Assembly (NCBI GenBank): GCA_964437385.1 | Contig: CAYTGX010000007.1 | Coordinates: 103 to 64,102, forward strand | Direction of reading: 5' to 3' | Length of the DNA stretch: 64,000 nt | Source: an uncultured Spirochaetaceae bacterium | GTDB taxonomy: Bacteria; Spirochaetota; Spirochaetia; SZUA-6; Fen-1364 | Part shown: positions 51,786 to 61,324 of the stretch, in pieces | Layout: every line of letters starts with the position of its first letter | Numbering within the stretch: position 1 is the stretch's first letter | Translations under genes and position numbers: made by a program | Notes under the pieces: model-generated | What the model was told of the DNA's origin: nothing | Database searches by the model: none | The model's input: the letters and a program-made list of their open reading frames with translations, nothing else

Positions 51786-53024
51786 CTATTCGAGGTTGGC
51801 TGCTGCCATCTGGGATTGCCTGCGGAAGTAGTTCGTAAGATCGGCAATGTCCCTGCGCCGTTCAAGGAGTGTGGATGCGTCGATCCAGTCCTGCCCCCAG
51901 GGCCACCCCTTCACGCTGATGGGGTTGAACAGGTCCTGACCGAGCCGGGAGAGCTGGTAGGAAAGCCGTTTCGGGTCGTAGCCGGAAATCCCCCATGTGC
52001 GGATGAAGCCGACCAGCAGGTCCACAGGGGATTTGATCAGCGCGCTTCGATTCTCCGGCGCCCAGAAGGCATCGCTCTCGAAGATCTGACGGAGAAGGGG
52101 CGTGAGCTGATACCCGGAGGCGCGGAAGGAGGCGGCCCACCCCTGGACCAGCGCCGGGTCGGGCTGCGGAGAGATGAAATACCGCCACAGCTTTTCTATG
52201 AGAAAGACGGCGGGGCGAGCCTGCTGGAGGATGATGTCCACGATGTCATCTCCGTTGAAATTTCCCGTCTTGCCGAGAAAGGTCTTTTCGCCGTCGTCGT
52301 GACGCCGCGGCTCGAATCTCGTTGTCCCCGCGGACCTGTCCACGGTGAGGCCCGTGAAGGCGCGCGCCGCCTCTTTCACGTCCTGCTCGCTGTAGTTGCC
52401 TTCCCCCATGGTGAAGAGCTCGAGAAGCTCGCGGGCGTAGTTCTCGTTCGGCTTTCCTTTCACATTGGCTTCGTTGTCCAGGTAGAGCACCATGGCGGGA
52501 TCCCGGGAGACGGCGTGCAGGAGCGTGCCGAAGCTCCCGGTTCCCAGCCGCCGAAGGAGAAGGTCCTGCTGGAGGAGCAGCTCGGGAGAGTTGGTTTTCT
52601 CCAGGCTGGAGGTGAAATGGTTGTGCCAGAACAGGACCATTTTCTCGGTGAGCGGGCTCGTGGACGTGACGAGACCGCCGATGAACCAGGCGCGCAGCCC
52701 CTGCCTGCGGCTCTCCAGTGCCTGGTCAAAGGCCTTCTTTGCTTCCGGGTCCGGCGGATGGGTCTTGTCCCCGGGGGGCCGGGGGAAGGGAGGAACGCTC
52801 CATGCCGGCGGGGTGTCCGCGGGGCTTGTCCGCAGTCCGCTGATCATGAACTCAACCGCCTCCGTTCGGGAAAGCGGGGCCAGCTCGGCAATGGCGCGCG
52901 GCGGCGCTCCAAAACCGGTGCGATCGAGCAGGTGAACGGCATCATCGTAGTCCAGGGCAAAAGCAGCAGTGGGGACAAAGAGCAGGCACGCAAGCGCGAA
53001 GACAGGGAAAAGGCGAGGCAGCAT
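51786..53024 (-). CDS. DUF1800 domain-containing protein
   Basis: LLDRTGFG, FWHNHFTS, MVLYLDN and NENYARELLELFTMG...YSEQDVKEAARAFTG. DUF1800 pattern, paired as usual with DUF1501. Confidence 0.85.
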   Translation of the reverse strand: MLPRLFPVFALACLLFVPTAAFALDYDDAVHLLDRTGFGAPPRAIAELAPLSRTEAVEFMISGLRTSPADTPPAWSVPPFPRPPGDKTHPPDPEAKKAFDQALESRRQGLRAWFIGGLVTSTSPLTEKMVLFWHNHFTSSLEKTNSPELLLQQDLLLRRLGTGSFGTLLHAVSRDPAMVLYLDNEANVKGKPNENYARELLELFTMGEGNYSEQDVKEAARAFTGLTVDRSAGTTRFEPRRHDDGEKTFLGKTGNFNGDDIVDIILQQARPAVFLIEKLWRYFISPQPDPALVQGWAASFRASGYQLTPLLRQIFESDAFWAPENRSALIKSPVDLLVGFIRTWGISGYDPKRLSYQLSRLGQDLFNPISVKGWPWGQDWIDASTLLERRRDIADLTNYFRRQSQMAAANLE

Positions 53025-53141
53025 GGGTCCTCCGACTGCAAAGATACTGAAAAGGCGGCGCGGGCGTCCTCCGCGTCCGGCGTCTCGTCCTTCTGGCGCC
53101 CTGCCCAGCGCTCCGCTATACTATGACAAAAGGGGTTTTGC

Positions 53142-55742
53142 ATGGAAAAATTGAAGGTCTCCAACGGCATCTACTGGGTCGAGGTGCCGGAAGCGGATCT
53201 GCGAATCCTCTGCGGGTGTCCGGCAGACAGCGTCAAACACCTGATGAAGCGCGGTCTGATCACGCAGAGGCAGAAGGCCGGGGTCAGCTATGAGACGGGA
53301 CCGAACGCCATCCTCCTCTGCGACTCGCCCATCCAGAAGGGCTGCTTCACGAATCTCTCCGAGTTCCCCGTCCTCCAGATGCTCTACCGGCAGGGCATGA
53401 TCATACCCGGACATCCGAACAATACAGGCAGAAAGCCGATGCTCATTGGCCTGGAGGACCAGGTCCGCTCGCAGGCCCAGTACATCTTTCGGGGCAACTA
53501 CGGCCTGGCGTCGGAAGAAGAGCTCACCGCATGCGGTGTACCGGAGGAGACCGCGCACGAGATTATGCGGATCAAGCGCTGGTTCGCATTCGGCAGGATC
53601 CGGGAAACCGAAGAGCTCTTGTCCATGAAGATCGTGGACAAGGACGCCATCGAGCTTGCTCCCGGCGTCTTTGTGCACAGGAAAGGAATAAACCGCTGGG
53701 AGTTCCTGGCAGACGGGGAGTCCGTGGAAGTGGACCTCAACCTGGCAGACGGGGAGGAGTACCAGGCGCCGTTCGATCTCGGCTCCCACACCCTGCACCG
53801 CGAGTACTTCTCCGTGATTCACATCGGAGAGGGAGACGGGTGGGACCCGGAAAAGCCCTGCATGGGGAGCCTCCTCTGCTTCCAGGGCCGCCTGTACCTG
53901 ATAGACGCGGGTCCGAACATCCTCCACACGCTGAAGGCACTGGGCATCGGCGTGAATGAGATCGAGGGGATCTTCCACACCCACTGCCATGACGATCACT
54001 TTGCAGGGCTCACCTCCCTGGTGCGCTCGGACAGGCGGCTGCGCTACTTTGCCGCCCCCTGCGTGCGGGCAAGCGTGGAGAAGAAACTGGCCGCGCTCAT
54101 GGGAATCGATCAGCGCCGATTCGCGCGCCTGTTCGACGTGCATGACCTCGTGCCGGGAGAATGGAACTCGGTCGAGGGCCTGGAGGTGCGCCCCGTGTTC
54201 GCCCCTCACCCTGTGGAGAACACCGTGCTCTTCTTCCGCGCGCAGGATGAAAAGGGGGTGAAGACCTACACGCATCTTGCAGACCTGACCTCCCTGGACG
54301 TCCTGGAGCAGATGGTGACGAGTGATCCGCGCAAGGACGGGATATCCCCCGCAACGCGGGACCGGTTCAAGAAGGAGATGCTGGAACCCGTGGACTTGAA
54401 GAAGGTGGATGCCGGGGGAGGCCGCATCCACGGAAAGCCGGAGGACTTCTCCGGCGATTCCTCTCGAAAGATCATCATGAGCCATTCCGCGGTACCGCTC
54501 ACGGAGGCGCAGAAGGAAATCGGCTCCAGTGCGGCATTCGGGCAGAGCGATGTCCTGATCCCCGTGCAGCACCAGACCTATATCCTGCGCTCCGCCCACC
54601 GCTATCTCAAATCGTACTTTCCCGAGGTTTCCTCCCATGAACTGGAGATGCTGATCAACTGCGGCATTGCTGCATTCAACGCCGGCTCCATCATGATCAG
54701 AAAGGGCGAGCGCAACACCGACATATTCCTGATCCTGAGCGGAACCGCGGAGGTGATAGACCGGGAGGCAGGCTTCCACAGCCGGCAGGCTGCCGGGGCG
54801 CTTGCCGGAGAGCTCTCCGCGCTGTCACACGAGCCGTCCCACCGGACCTTCCGCGCGGAGAGCGATCTGGCCGCCCTGCGCATACCCTGCGAAGCCTACA
54901 GGCTTTTCATCCGCAGAAACGGCATCGAGGAGGCGGTGCTCAAGATCAGGGAGAACCGCCAGCTTCTCTTCGCCACACGGCTGTTCGGCGACATGGCCTC
55001 CTTCACCGCGCAGCGGGAGATTGCGAGAGTGATGGAAAAGCGGCAGCTTGCAAAAGGAGAGACTGCCGTCCATGGTTCAGAGCTGTGCCTGTACCTCGTG
55101 GCGGACGGGGAGATCTCGCTCCAGTCGGATGAAACTCCCATCGAGGTCATCTCCGGCGGTGACTACTGGGGAGAGCTGTCCGTGGTGGAGGGAATCCCGG
55201 CAGTCTGCCAGGCGCTGGCGCTCCGGGATTCCGTGTACTATGCCATTCCCGCCGAAGCGCTGAAGGAGTGCCCCAGCGTTTTTCTGAAGCTCCTCGAGGT
55301 CTTTGACCGGCGCCTGCAGATCCTCCGCACGAAATTCGAGTTCGAGTGGCAGACATTCTACACCGTCGGGCTGTCGGAGATCGACGACGATCACAGGAAG
55401 ATTTTCGCCCTGGCAAATGACCTGTCCGCGCACCCCGCGGAGGGAGCGGTGGCCCGCCGCGAACAGATGGCGGCATTGCTCGAGCTGGTGCGCGCGCATT
55501 TCAAGAAGGAAGAATCACTGCTGGAGAGCCGTGCGTATCCGCGCCTGCCGGCGCAGAAGGAGGACCACCAGGCGCTCCTGTCAGAGCTCGCGGAAGCGGC
55601 GAAGACAGGAGAAACGGGGGATGCCCTGCTCAAGGACTGGCTTATCCGCCATACCTTGATCGAGGACCGCTTGTACAAGGACTTTCTGGCCGCCCCGACG
55701 GGGGCCGTCCCGCCGGCGGGCAAGAAAGACAGGAGGCGCTGA
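53142..55742 (+). CDS. multidomain signalling protein: unknown N-domain + MBL-fold hydrolase + 2x cyclic-nucleotide-binding + hemerythrin-like domain
   Basis: HTHCHDDH (the HxHxDH metallo-beta-lactamase motif). CNB-1: FLILSGTAEVID...GELSAL...HRTFRAES. CNB-2: LYLVADGEISLQ...GELSVVEG. C-terminus: IDDDHRKIF...HFKKEE...WLIRHTLIEDRLY (bacteriohemerythrin motifs). Confidence 0.8.
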   Translation: MEKLKVSNGIYWVEVPEADLRILCGCPADSVKHLMKRGLITQRQKAGVSYETGPNAILLCDSPIQKGCFTNLSEFPVLQMLYRQGMIIPGHPNNTGRKPMLIGLEDQVRSQAQYIFRGNYGLASEEELTACGVPEETAHEIMRIKRWFAFGRIRETEELLSMKIVDKDAIELAPGVFVHRKGINRWEFLADGESVEVDLNLADGEEYQAPFDLGSHTLHREYFSVIHIGEGDGWDPEKPCMGSLLCFQGRLYLIDAGPNILHTLKALGIGVNEIEGIFHTHCHDDHFAGLTSLVRSDRRLRYFAAPCVRASVEKKLAALMGIDQRRFARLFDVHDLVPGEWNSVEGLEVRPVFAPHPVENTVLFFRAQDEKGVKTYTHLADLTSLDVLEQMVTSDPRKDGISPATRDRFKKEMLEPVDLKKVDAGGGRIHGKPEDFSGDSSRKIIMSHSAVPLTEAQKEIGSSAAFGQSDVLIPVQHQTYILRSAHRYLKSYFPEVSSHELEMLINCGIAAFNAGSIMIRKGERNTDIFLILSGTAEVIDREAGFHSRQAAGALAGELSALSHEPSHRTFRAESDLAALRIPCEAYRLFIRRNGIEEAVLKIRENRQLLFATRLFGDMASFTAQREIARVMEKRQLAKGETAVHGSELCLYLVADGEISLQSDETPIEVISGGDYWGELSVVEGIPAVCQALALRDSVYYAIPAEALKECPSVFLKLLEVFDRRLQILRTKFEFEWQTFYTVGLSEIDDDHRKIFALANDLSAHPAEGAVARREQMAALLELVRAHFKKEESLLESRAYPRLPAQKEDHQALLSELAEAAKTGETGDALLKDWLIRHTLIEDRLYKDFLAAPTGAVPPAGKKDRRR

Positions 55743-56458
55743 TGGGCGCCTTCCAGAAAGCATACTTCGATCTCGTCTACAATCCCCTCTATGACGCGAC
55801 AACCGCGAGGTTGAGCCGCTACAAAACCCTTCAGCAGAAGTGCCTCCAGGCGCTGGATCTGGGGGAGGCCCGCAGCCTCCTGTGCGTCGGTCTCGGGACG
55901 GGCAATGAGCTGACGGCCGCCCTGCAGGCTGCCCCGCGGATCAGGATATCGGGAATCGACCTGTCACCTTCGGCCCTGGCGTCCAGCCGGAGAAAACTGC
56001 GCCGGGCGGGCAGAACGGCGGACCTGCAGATCATGGACGCAGCCGTCATCCGCTACCCGGACGGCAGTTTCGATCGCGCGCTGTGCGTGCACGTGCTGGA
56101 CTTCGTGGAGGACCCGTGGCCGGCGGTTCAGGAGATCGTGCGCGTCCTGGAACCGGGCGGCCGATTCGTGGTGACGTTTCCTTCGCGGCTGGAAGGGACC
56201 GCCCTCGGTGTTGCCCTTGCGCGGGACGAGGTCCGCACTTCCCTGCGGTCCGGGCGTCATCCGCTGGCCGTGGTAGGAGACCTCCTGTCCAAATTCGCCA
56301 TCGGGCTCGCATACGTGCCCCTGCTCGCGCGCACCGGGCATCGCACATTTTCCGAGCAGCAGGTACGCAGGCTCTTCGAGAGGCTGCCGGTGCGCGGACT
56401 TGCCATTGAGGAAGAACTGGCATACCAGGATCTGATAGTGACGGGAGAACGGGTATGA
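55742..56458 (+). CDS. class I SAM-dependent methyltransferase
   Basis: Motif I LLCVGLGTGNE and post-I ISGIDLS, then VLEPGGRFVV. The ATG overlaps the upstream TGA (TGATG). Confidence 0.8.
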   Translation: MGAFQKAYFDLVYNPLYDATTARLSRYKTLQQKCLQALDLGEARSLLCVGLGTGNELTAALQAAPRIRISGIDLSPSALASSRRKLRRAGRTADLQIMDAAVIRYPDGSFDRALCVHVLDFVEDPWPAVQEIVRVLEPGGRFVVTFPSRLEGTALGVALARDEVRTSLRSGRHPLAVVGDLLSKFAIGLAYVPLLARTGHRTFSEQQVRRLFERLPVRGLAIEEELAYQDLIVTGERV

Positions 56459-56490
56459 CCGCTGGTGGTCCATGAACGGGGGGACGCGAC

Positions 56491-58098
56491 ATGCTGCCCG
56501 AAGACGCCTATTTCAAAAACCTTGATCGGGATGAGTTGTGGAAGCGCTACTGCGGGTTCCTCGACCTGGGGATAAATGAGTTCCTGCAGATCCAGCGCGC
56601 GCTGCTTACCGAAGAGCTGGCCCTTGTCTCGGACAGCACGCTCGGACGGAAGATCCTCGGACCCCGGCCTCCGCGGACCATCGAGGAGTTCCGCGAATCG
56701 GTTCCCTTCACGAGTTACAGCGACTACGAGCCGTGCTTGAGTGAGAAGCGGGAGGACACGCTTGCCGTGAAACCCGCGGTCTGGTGTCATTCATCCGGCC
56801 GCAGCGGAAAGTTCAAGTGGATCCCCCACAGCGAGCCGATCATGGAGAAAGCCGCGCGCAACTCCGTGGGAATCTTCATCCTGTCCGCCGCGTCCCGCCG
56901 CGGGGAGGTTGCGGTAGCGCCCGGCGTCCGTATCCTCACGGGGATTCCCCTCGCGCCCTACACATCGGGCACCATGTTCGAGAACTTGCGGAAACGGTTC
57001 ACCTTTCAGCCTCTCCCGCCCCCGGATCTGGTCAGGTCATTGCCGTTTCCCGAACAGGTCAGCCGCGCTTTCGAGATGGCGCTCCGGGACGGGTTCGATT
57101 TTGCCGGGGCCATTGGCAGCGTGATGGTGCGCATGGGGGAACAGATGGCAGGCCATGCCGCGAGGACGTCGAAGCTGTCCCCGTCCACGTTCCATCCCAA
57201 GGTGCTCTTCAGATTGCTCCGCGGTCTGCTCAAGAGCTGGACCCAGAACCGGCCCGTCTTTCCCCGGGACTTGTGGAGCCCCCGCGGAATGATCATCAGC
57301 GGCGTCGACGCGAGCATTTATCGCGACGACATCGAGAAGTACTGGGGTGTCACACCTTTCGACATGTACGCGAGCACCGAGACGATGTTCATGGCAATGC
57401 AGAGCTGGACCAAGGCACACATGACGTTCCTGCCTGATTCGGTCTTCCTGGAGTTTGTCCCGCACAGGGGCGGAGAAGAAGAGGCGCCGGGGCACGAAAG
57501 GACCCTGTTGCTGGACCAGCTCGAAGAGGGCGGCCTCTATGAGATCATCATCACGCAGTTCCACGGAATGCCTCTCCTGCGCTACCGCATCGGGGATGTG
57601 ATCAGGGTGGTGAGCATGGGAGACGAGGAAGCAGGGATCACGCTCCCGCAGATCGAGGTCCGCCGGAAAGTCGGAGAGGCAATCAACCTGGGAGGACTGT
57701 GCAACCTGGACGAGCGGGCGCTGTGGGGCGCTCTGGCGGCCACGGGGCTTCGCTATACCGAATGGACGGCTTTCAAGGAGTACGATCACCATCAGACCTT
57801 TCTTCGGCTGGTCATCGAGCTGAAAGAGCCATCTGCCGCTGCAGAGGTCAGCCGACGCATGCACGAGCAGCTCAAGAAGATCGACGCGGACTATGGGGAC
57901 GTCGAGGGGTACCTGGGCGTCAACCCGATCCGCACGACCGTCATCTGCGGCGGGACCTTCAGCCGCTATGCCGAGGCGAGGATTCGCGAAGGGGCCGCGC
58001 TCTCCCACCTGAAGCCCGCCCATGTGAATCCGCTGCCCGAGATGGTGAAGGTGCTGATCCAGGGCTCGGTGGTTGATGAGGAGAAGCTGCAGCAATGA
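56491..58098 (+). CDS. GH3-family (auxin-responsive-promoter/JAR1-like) adenylate-forming enzyme
   Basis: ...TIEEFRESVPFTSYSDYEPCL...VWCHSSGRSGKFKWIPHS parallels the GH3 pattern F...VP..TYEDL.P.I...F..SSGT..G..K.IP. 535 aa, with a central YASTE block. Confidence 0.75.
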   Translation: MLPEDAYFKNLDRDELWKRYCGFLDLGINEFLQIQRALLTEELALVSDSTLGRKILGPRPPRTIEEFRESVPFTSYSDYEPCLSEKREDTLAVKPAVWCHSSGRSGKFKWIPHSEPIMEKAARNSVGIFILSAASRRGEVAVAPGVRILTGIPLAPYTSGTMFENLRKRFTFQPLPPPDLVRSLPFPEQVSRAFEMALRDGFDFAGAIGSVMVRMGEQMAGHAARTSKLSPSTFHPKVLFRLLRGLLKSWTQNRPVFPRDLWSPRGMIISGVDASIYRDDIEKYWGVTPFDMYASTETMFMAMQSWTKAHMTFLPDSVFLEFVPHRGGEEEAPGHERTLLLDQLEEGGLYEIIITQFHGMPLLRYRIGDVIRVVSMGDEEAGITLPQIEVRRKVGEAINLGGLCNLDERALWGALAATGLRYTEWTAFKEYDHHQTFLRLVIELKEPSAAAEVSRRMHEQLKKIDADYGDVEGYLGVNPIRTTVICGGTFSRYAEARIREGAALSHLKPAHVNPLPEMVKVLIQGSVVDEEKLQQ

Positions 58099-60908
58099 CC
58101 AGCGTCGGTTTCGTCCTCAGTCCATTGATTGCCGCGGCAATGACCCTCATTCTCGGCATCCTTGTCTTCCCCGCGGTCTACCGGGACAGACGCCGCCGGG
58201 TCTTCCTTCTTGTCCTGTTCAGCGTAGAGCTCTGGGCAGTCTTCACCTTTGCAATGCGCTTCAGCCGGGTCGAGACGGCGGCAATGATCTGGGACCGCGT
58301 GATCTCCGTCTGCCTCCTCTTCTTCTTCGTGGCCTTCTTCCACTTCTGCCACCTCTACATCGGCAGCAAGAGCCGCTGGCCGATATATGTCCTGTACGCG
58401 GCCACGGTTGTCGCGGCGGGAATCGCGCTGTTCACCGACCTCATGGTCAAGGGCGTCACGCGGTTCCAGGACGGCTACGCCCCCCAGGTGGGCCCCGCAG
58501 CGTACGCCCTGCTGGGGCCCGTGCAGATACTCCTCATCGCAAACGTGATCCGCCTGCTGCGCGCGAGCCGCGGTGAAGCCTCGGTTGTCAACAGCAGGCG
58601 CCTGCTGGTGCTCGCCATTGCGGGACTGCTCCCGTTCCTCGGAAGCGCCGCGGACGCCTTCACGGATCTTCCACCCCTGGGCATCTGGGCCAATCTCGCC
58701 TTCTGCGCGATCTGCTCCATCGTCGTCCTGCACTATCGCCTGTTCGACATGCGTGCGCTTGCCCGCACGGGCCTTGTCCGTCTCCTCATCGGCTCGATGA
58801 TCGCCGCTCCCTACATCGCCGCCATCCTCGTTGCCAACGCGCTGCTGCGGGACAGCAAGAGCCTGCTCTGGATCTATGTGGTCTCCATTGCCGTCTATGC
58901 GCTCGTCATGTGGCCGGCCTACGAATGGGCGCGGCGAAGCCTCGACCGGCTTTTCAACAGCGAGAAGTATGACCACCTGCAGGAGATGCGGGACCTTGCC
59001 CGCGGCGCGGACGCCCTCAGCGGATCCCACGAAACCTCCAACAAGCTGACTGCCCTCATGCAGCGGGCGCTGAACGCCACGTCCGTTTCGCTTCTGCAGC
59101 CCCTTTCGGACGGCCAGGGGATGTGTCGTGTTGCGAGCAATGGTTCGCCCTGCAGCGCAGAGGGCGCGATCCTTGGCGCGGCGAGCCCCCTCGTGGCCTG
59201 GTTCCACAGGCACAAAGCCACGCTCTCCATCAGGACCCTGACCGTAGAGCCATTGCTGCAGAACATCCCCCGGGCGGAAAAGGCGGCTCTGGACGATCTT
59301 CACACCACGCTGCTGGCGCCGCTCCTGACCGCGCACGGCTCCCTGACGGGCATCCTCGTGCTCGGCCCGAAGGCCAGCCGCCGGCAGTACAGTCCGGACG
59401 ACATCCAGCTCCTGGAGAACCTCGGCAGCGAGGCGGCCATGGCGCTGGAGAACGCCGGGCTCTACCGGGATGCGGTGCGGGCGCGGGAGACCCTTGAAGC
59501 GTGGCTGAACAATCTGCCGGACGTGGTCGCAATAGTCGACCGGAACAACGTCATCCGGTTCCTGAACAGGGAAGGCGCGGACCGTCTGGGCGCCCGGCCG
59601 GGCCAGCGCTCTTTTCTGCTCTCGGTCCCCCAGGAGGAGAACGGCGTTCCCCGGCGTTTCGCGGAAACGATCCGGGGGAGAGAGTACGAGATCGCCTCCG
59701 CGCCGCTCGTGGAGCCGGAAGGGCAGCTCTCCTCGGTGTTCGTGATGCGCGACATCACGGAGCGAAGACAGCAGCAGGCGGAGAGGGAGCAGCTTGAGGC
59801 CCGCGCGCGGCTGGCAAGCCACCTGGCGTCAATCGGGGAGATGGCATCGGGGATCGCACACGAGATCAACAACCCGCTGACTGCGGTGATCGGCTACAGC
59901 CAGCTCCTGAACGAGGAATCGCTGCCCGAAGAAGCGCGCGAGTCCGTGCGCCAGATCCGCCAGGGCGCCACCCGGGTTGCGGGTATTGTGCAGAGGCTGC
60001 TGACGTTTGCCCGACAGCGAAAACCGCAGCGCGTGGCAATGGACATGAACGAGGTCATCCGCTCCACCCTTGCGCTGCGCGAATATGCCATGCGGACGGG
60101 TCATATCTTTGTCACCACGCGGCTGGACCCGTCGCTTCCTCTCACCATAGCGGACGGCCAGCAGATGCAGCAGGTGGTGCTCAACCTGGTGGTCAATGCC
60201 GAGTGGGCCATGAGCATCTCCCATGGGAGGGGAGTGCTTCGAATCGTGAGCGAAACGCAGGGAGAGAACCTTCATGTCATCGTCCAGGACGATGGTCCGG
60301 GGGTTCCCCGGGAGATCCAGGACCGCATCTTCGACCCTTTCTTCACCACCCGGGAGATCGGGCAGGGCACGGGGCTGGGACTCAGCATCTGCCACGGGAT
60401 CGTGAGCGAGCACGGCGGCAGGATCTGGGTGGTGAGCGACGGGGCGCAGGGGAGCGAGTTTCACCTGCTCATTCCCATCGTGGTCCCCGACTCCCCGCCT
60501 GAACAGGCGGCCGGCGTGCGGCGGGAGCCCGCACGGCCGCACACGCGCATGCTCGTCGTGGACGACGAGCAGTCCATCCGCGAGCTGCTGAAGGCGATTC
60601 TCGAGCCCATGGGTCACAAAGTCGACGTTGCCGCTGACGGCCGCTCCGCGATCGAGCGCGTCACCACGAATCGCTACGGCGTCATCCTGCTCGATGTCCG
60701 CATGCCCGACATGAGCGGGCTGGAGGTTTTCCAGCAGTTGAAGAAGATCGCGGGCTCGATCGCCTCCCGGGTGGTGTTCATGACCGGTGACATGATGGCT
60801 GACGAGACACGCGCCCTGCTGGAGCAGACGGGAGCGCCCGCGCTGGCCAAGCCCTTTGAGTCGAAGGCGCTCATGGCGGCCCTGGAAAAGATTCTGACAG
60901 CGCGCTGA
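58095..60908 (+). CDS. hybrid sensor histidine kinase (7TM N-domain, GAF, PAS, HisKA, HATPase_c, REC)
   Basis: Seven hydrophobic segments at the N-terminus, a GAF-like block (GILVLGPKASRRQYSPDDIQLLENLG), H-box AHEINNPLTAVIGYSQLL, DDGPGV, GLGLSI, and a C-terminal REC domain (MLVVDDEQSIREL...ILLDVRMPDMSG). ATGA overlap with the GH3 gene. Confidence 0.9.
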   Translation: MTSVGFVLSPLIAAAMTLILGILVFPAVYRDRRRRVFLLVLFSVELWAVFTFAMRFSRVETAAMIWDRVISVCLLFFFVAFFHFCHLYIGSKSRWPIYVLYAATVVAAGIALFTDLMVKGVTRFQDGYAPQVGPAAYALLGPVQILLIANVIRLLRASRGEASVVNSRRLLVLAIAGLLPFLGSAADAFTDLPPLGIWANLAFCAICSIVVLHYRLFDMRALARTGLVRLLIGSMIAAPYIAAILVANALLRDSKSLLWIYVVSIAVYALVMWPAYEWARRSLDRLFNSEKYDHLQEMRDLARGADALSGSHETSNKLTALMQRALNATSVSLLQPLSDGQGMCRVASNGSPCSAEGAILGAASPLVAWFHRHKATLSIRTLTVEPLLQNIPRAEKAALDDLHTTLLAPLLTAHGSLTGILVLGPKASRRQYSPDDIQLLENLGSEAAMALENAGLYRDAVRARETLEAWLNNLPDVVAIVDRNNVIRFLNREGADRLGARPGQRSFLLSVPQEENGVPRRFAETIRGREYEIASAPLVEPEGQLSSVFVMRDITERRQQQAEREQLEARARLASHLASIGEMASGIAHEINNPLTAVIGYSQLLNEESLPEEARESVRQIRQGATRVAGIVQRLLTFARQRKPQRVAMDMNEVIRSTLALREYAMRTGHIFVTTRLDPSLPLTIADGQQMQQVVLNLVVNAEWAMSISHGRGVLRIVSETQGENLHVIVQDDGPGVPREIQDRIFDPFFTTREIGQGTGLGLSICHGIVSEHGGRIWVVSDGAQGSEFHLLIPIVVPDSPPEQAAGVRREPARPHTRMLVVDDEQSIRELLKAILEPMGHKVDVAADGRSAIERVTTNRYGVILLDVRMPDMSGLEVFQQLKKIAGSIASRVVFMTGDMMADETRALLEQTGAPALAKPFESKALMAALEKILTAR

Positions 60909-60975
60909 CCATGGCGGCTCTGCGGCCATGAGCGAGGCGCCCTTGCCCCCGCAGGCCCGATTCGTTATCTTCTGG

Positions 60976-61001
60976 TTACCGTAACCTGGGAGTTACGGTA
61001 A
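60976..61001. promoter_or_regulatory. operator candidate TTACCGTAA-n8-TTACGGTAA upstream of the ArsR-family gene
   Basis: Perfect 9-bp inverted repeat, plus a nested GGTTAC-c-GTAACC palindrome. It ends 11 nt before the ATG at 61013. Confidence 0.45.
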
Positions 61002-61012
61002 AAGGGGAACGG

Positions 61013-61324
61013 ATGCCGGGCAGTGCGGTCGAGAAAACCTTTGACGCCCTGGGAAATCCAGTCAGAAGAAAGATCCTGCGCATTCTCAATGCCCAGCCGC
61101 ACGCGGTCGGTGAGATCGCCTCCGTACTGCCCGTCAGCCGCCCCGCTGTTTCCAAGCACCTGCGCATCCTGGAAAAAGCCGATCTCGTGTCCCACGAAAG
61201 GCAGGGAAGCCGCAACGTATTCACCCTGAACAGGAAGGGCCTGCGCTCGGCACAGGCATACCTGGAGGATTTCTGGGAGGGGGCGCTGGCTCGATTCAAA
61301 ATGGCGGCGGAGAACAGGAAATGA
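61013..61324 (+). CDS. ArsR/SmtB-family transcriptional regulator
   Basis: FDALGNPVRRKILRILNAQPHAVGEIASVLPVSRPAVSKHLRILEKADLV is a winged HTH of the ArsR family. Confidence 0.9.
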   Translation: MPGSAVEKTFDALGNPVRRKILRILNAQPHAVGEIASVLPVSRPAVSKHLRILEKADLVSHERQGSRNVFTLNRKGLRSAQAYLEDFWEGALARFKMAAENRK

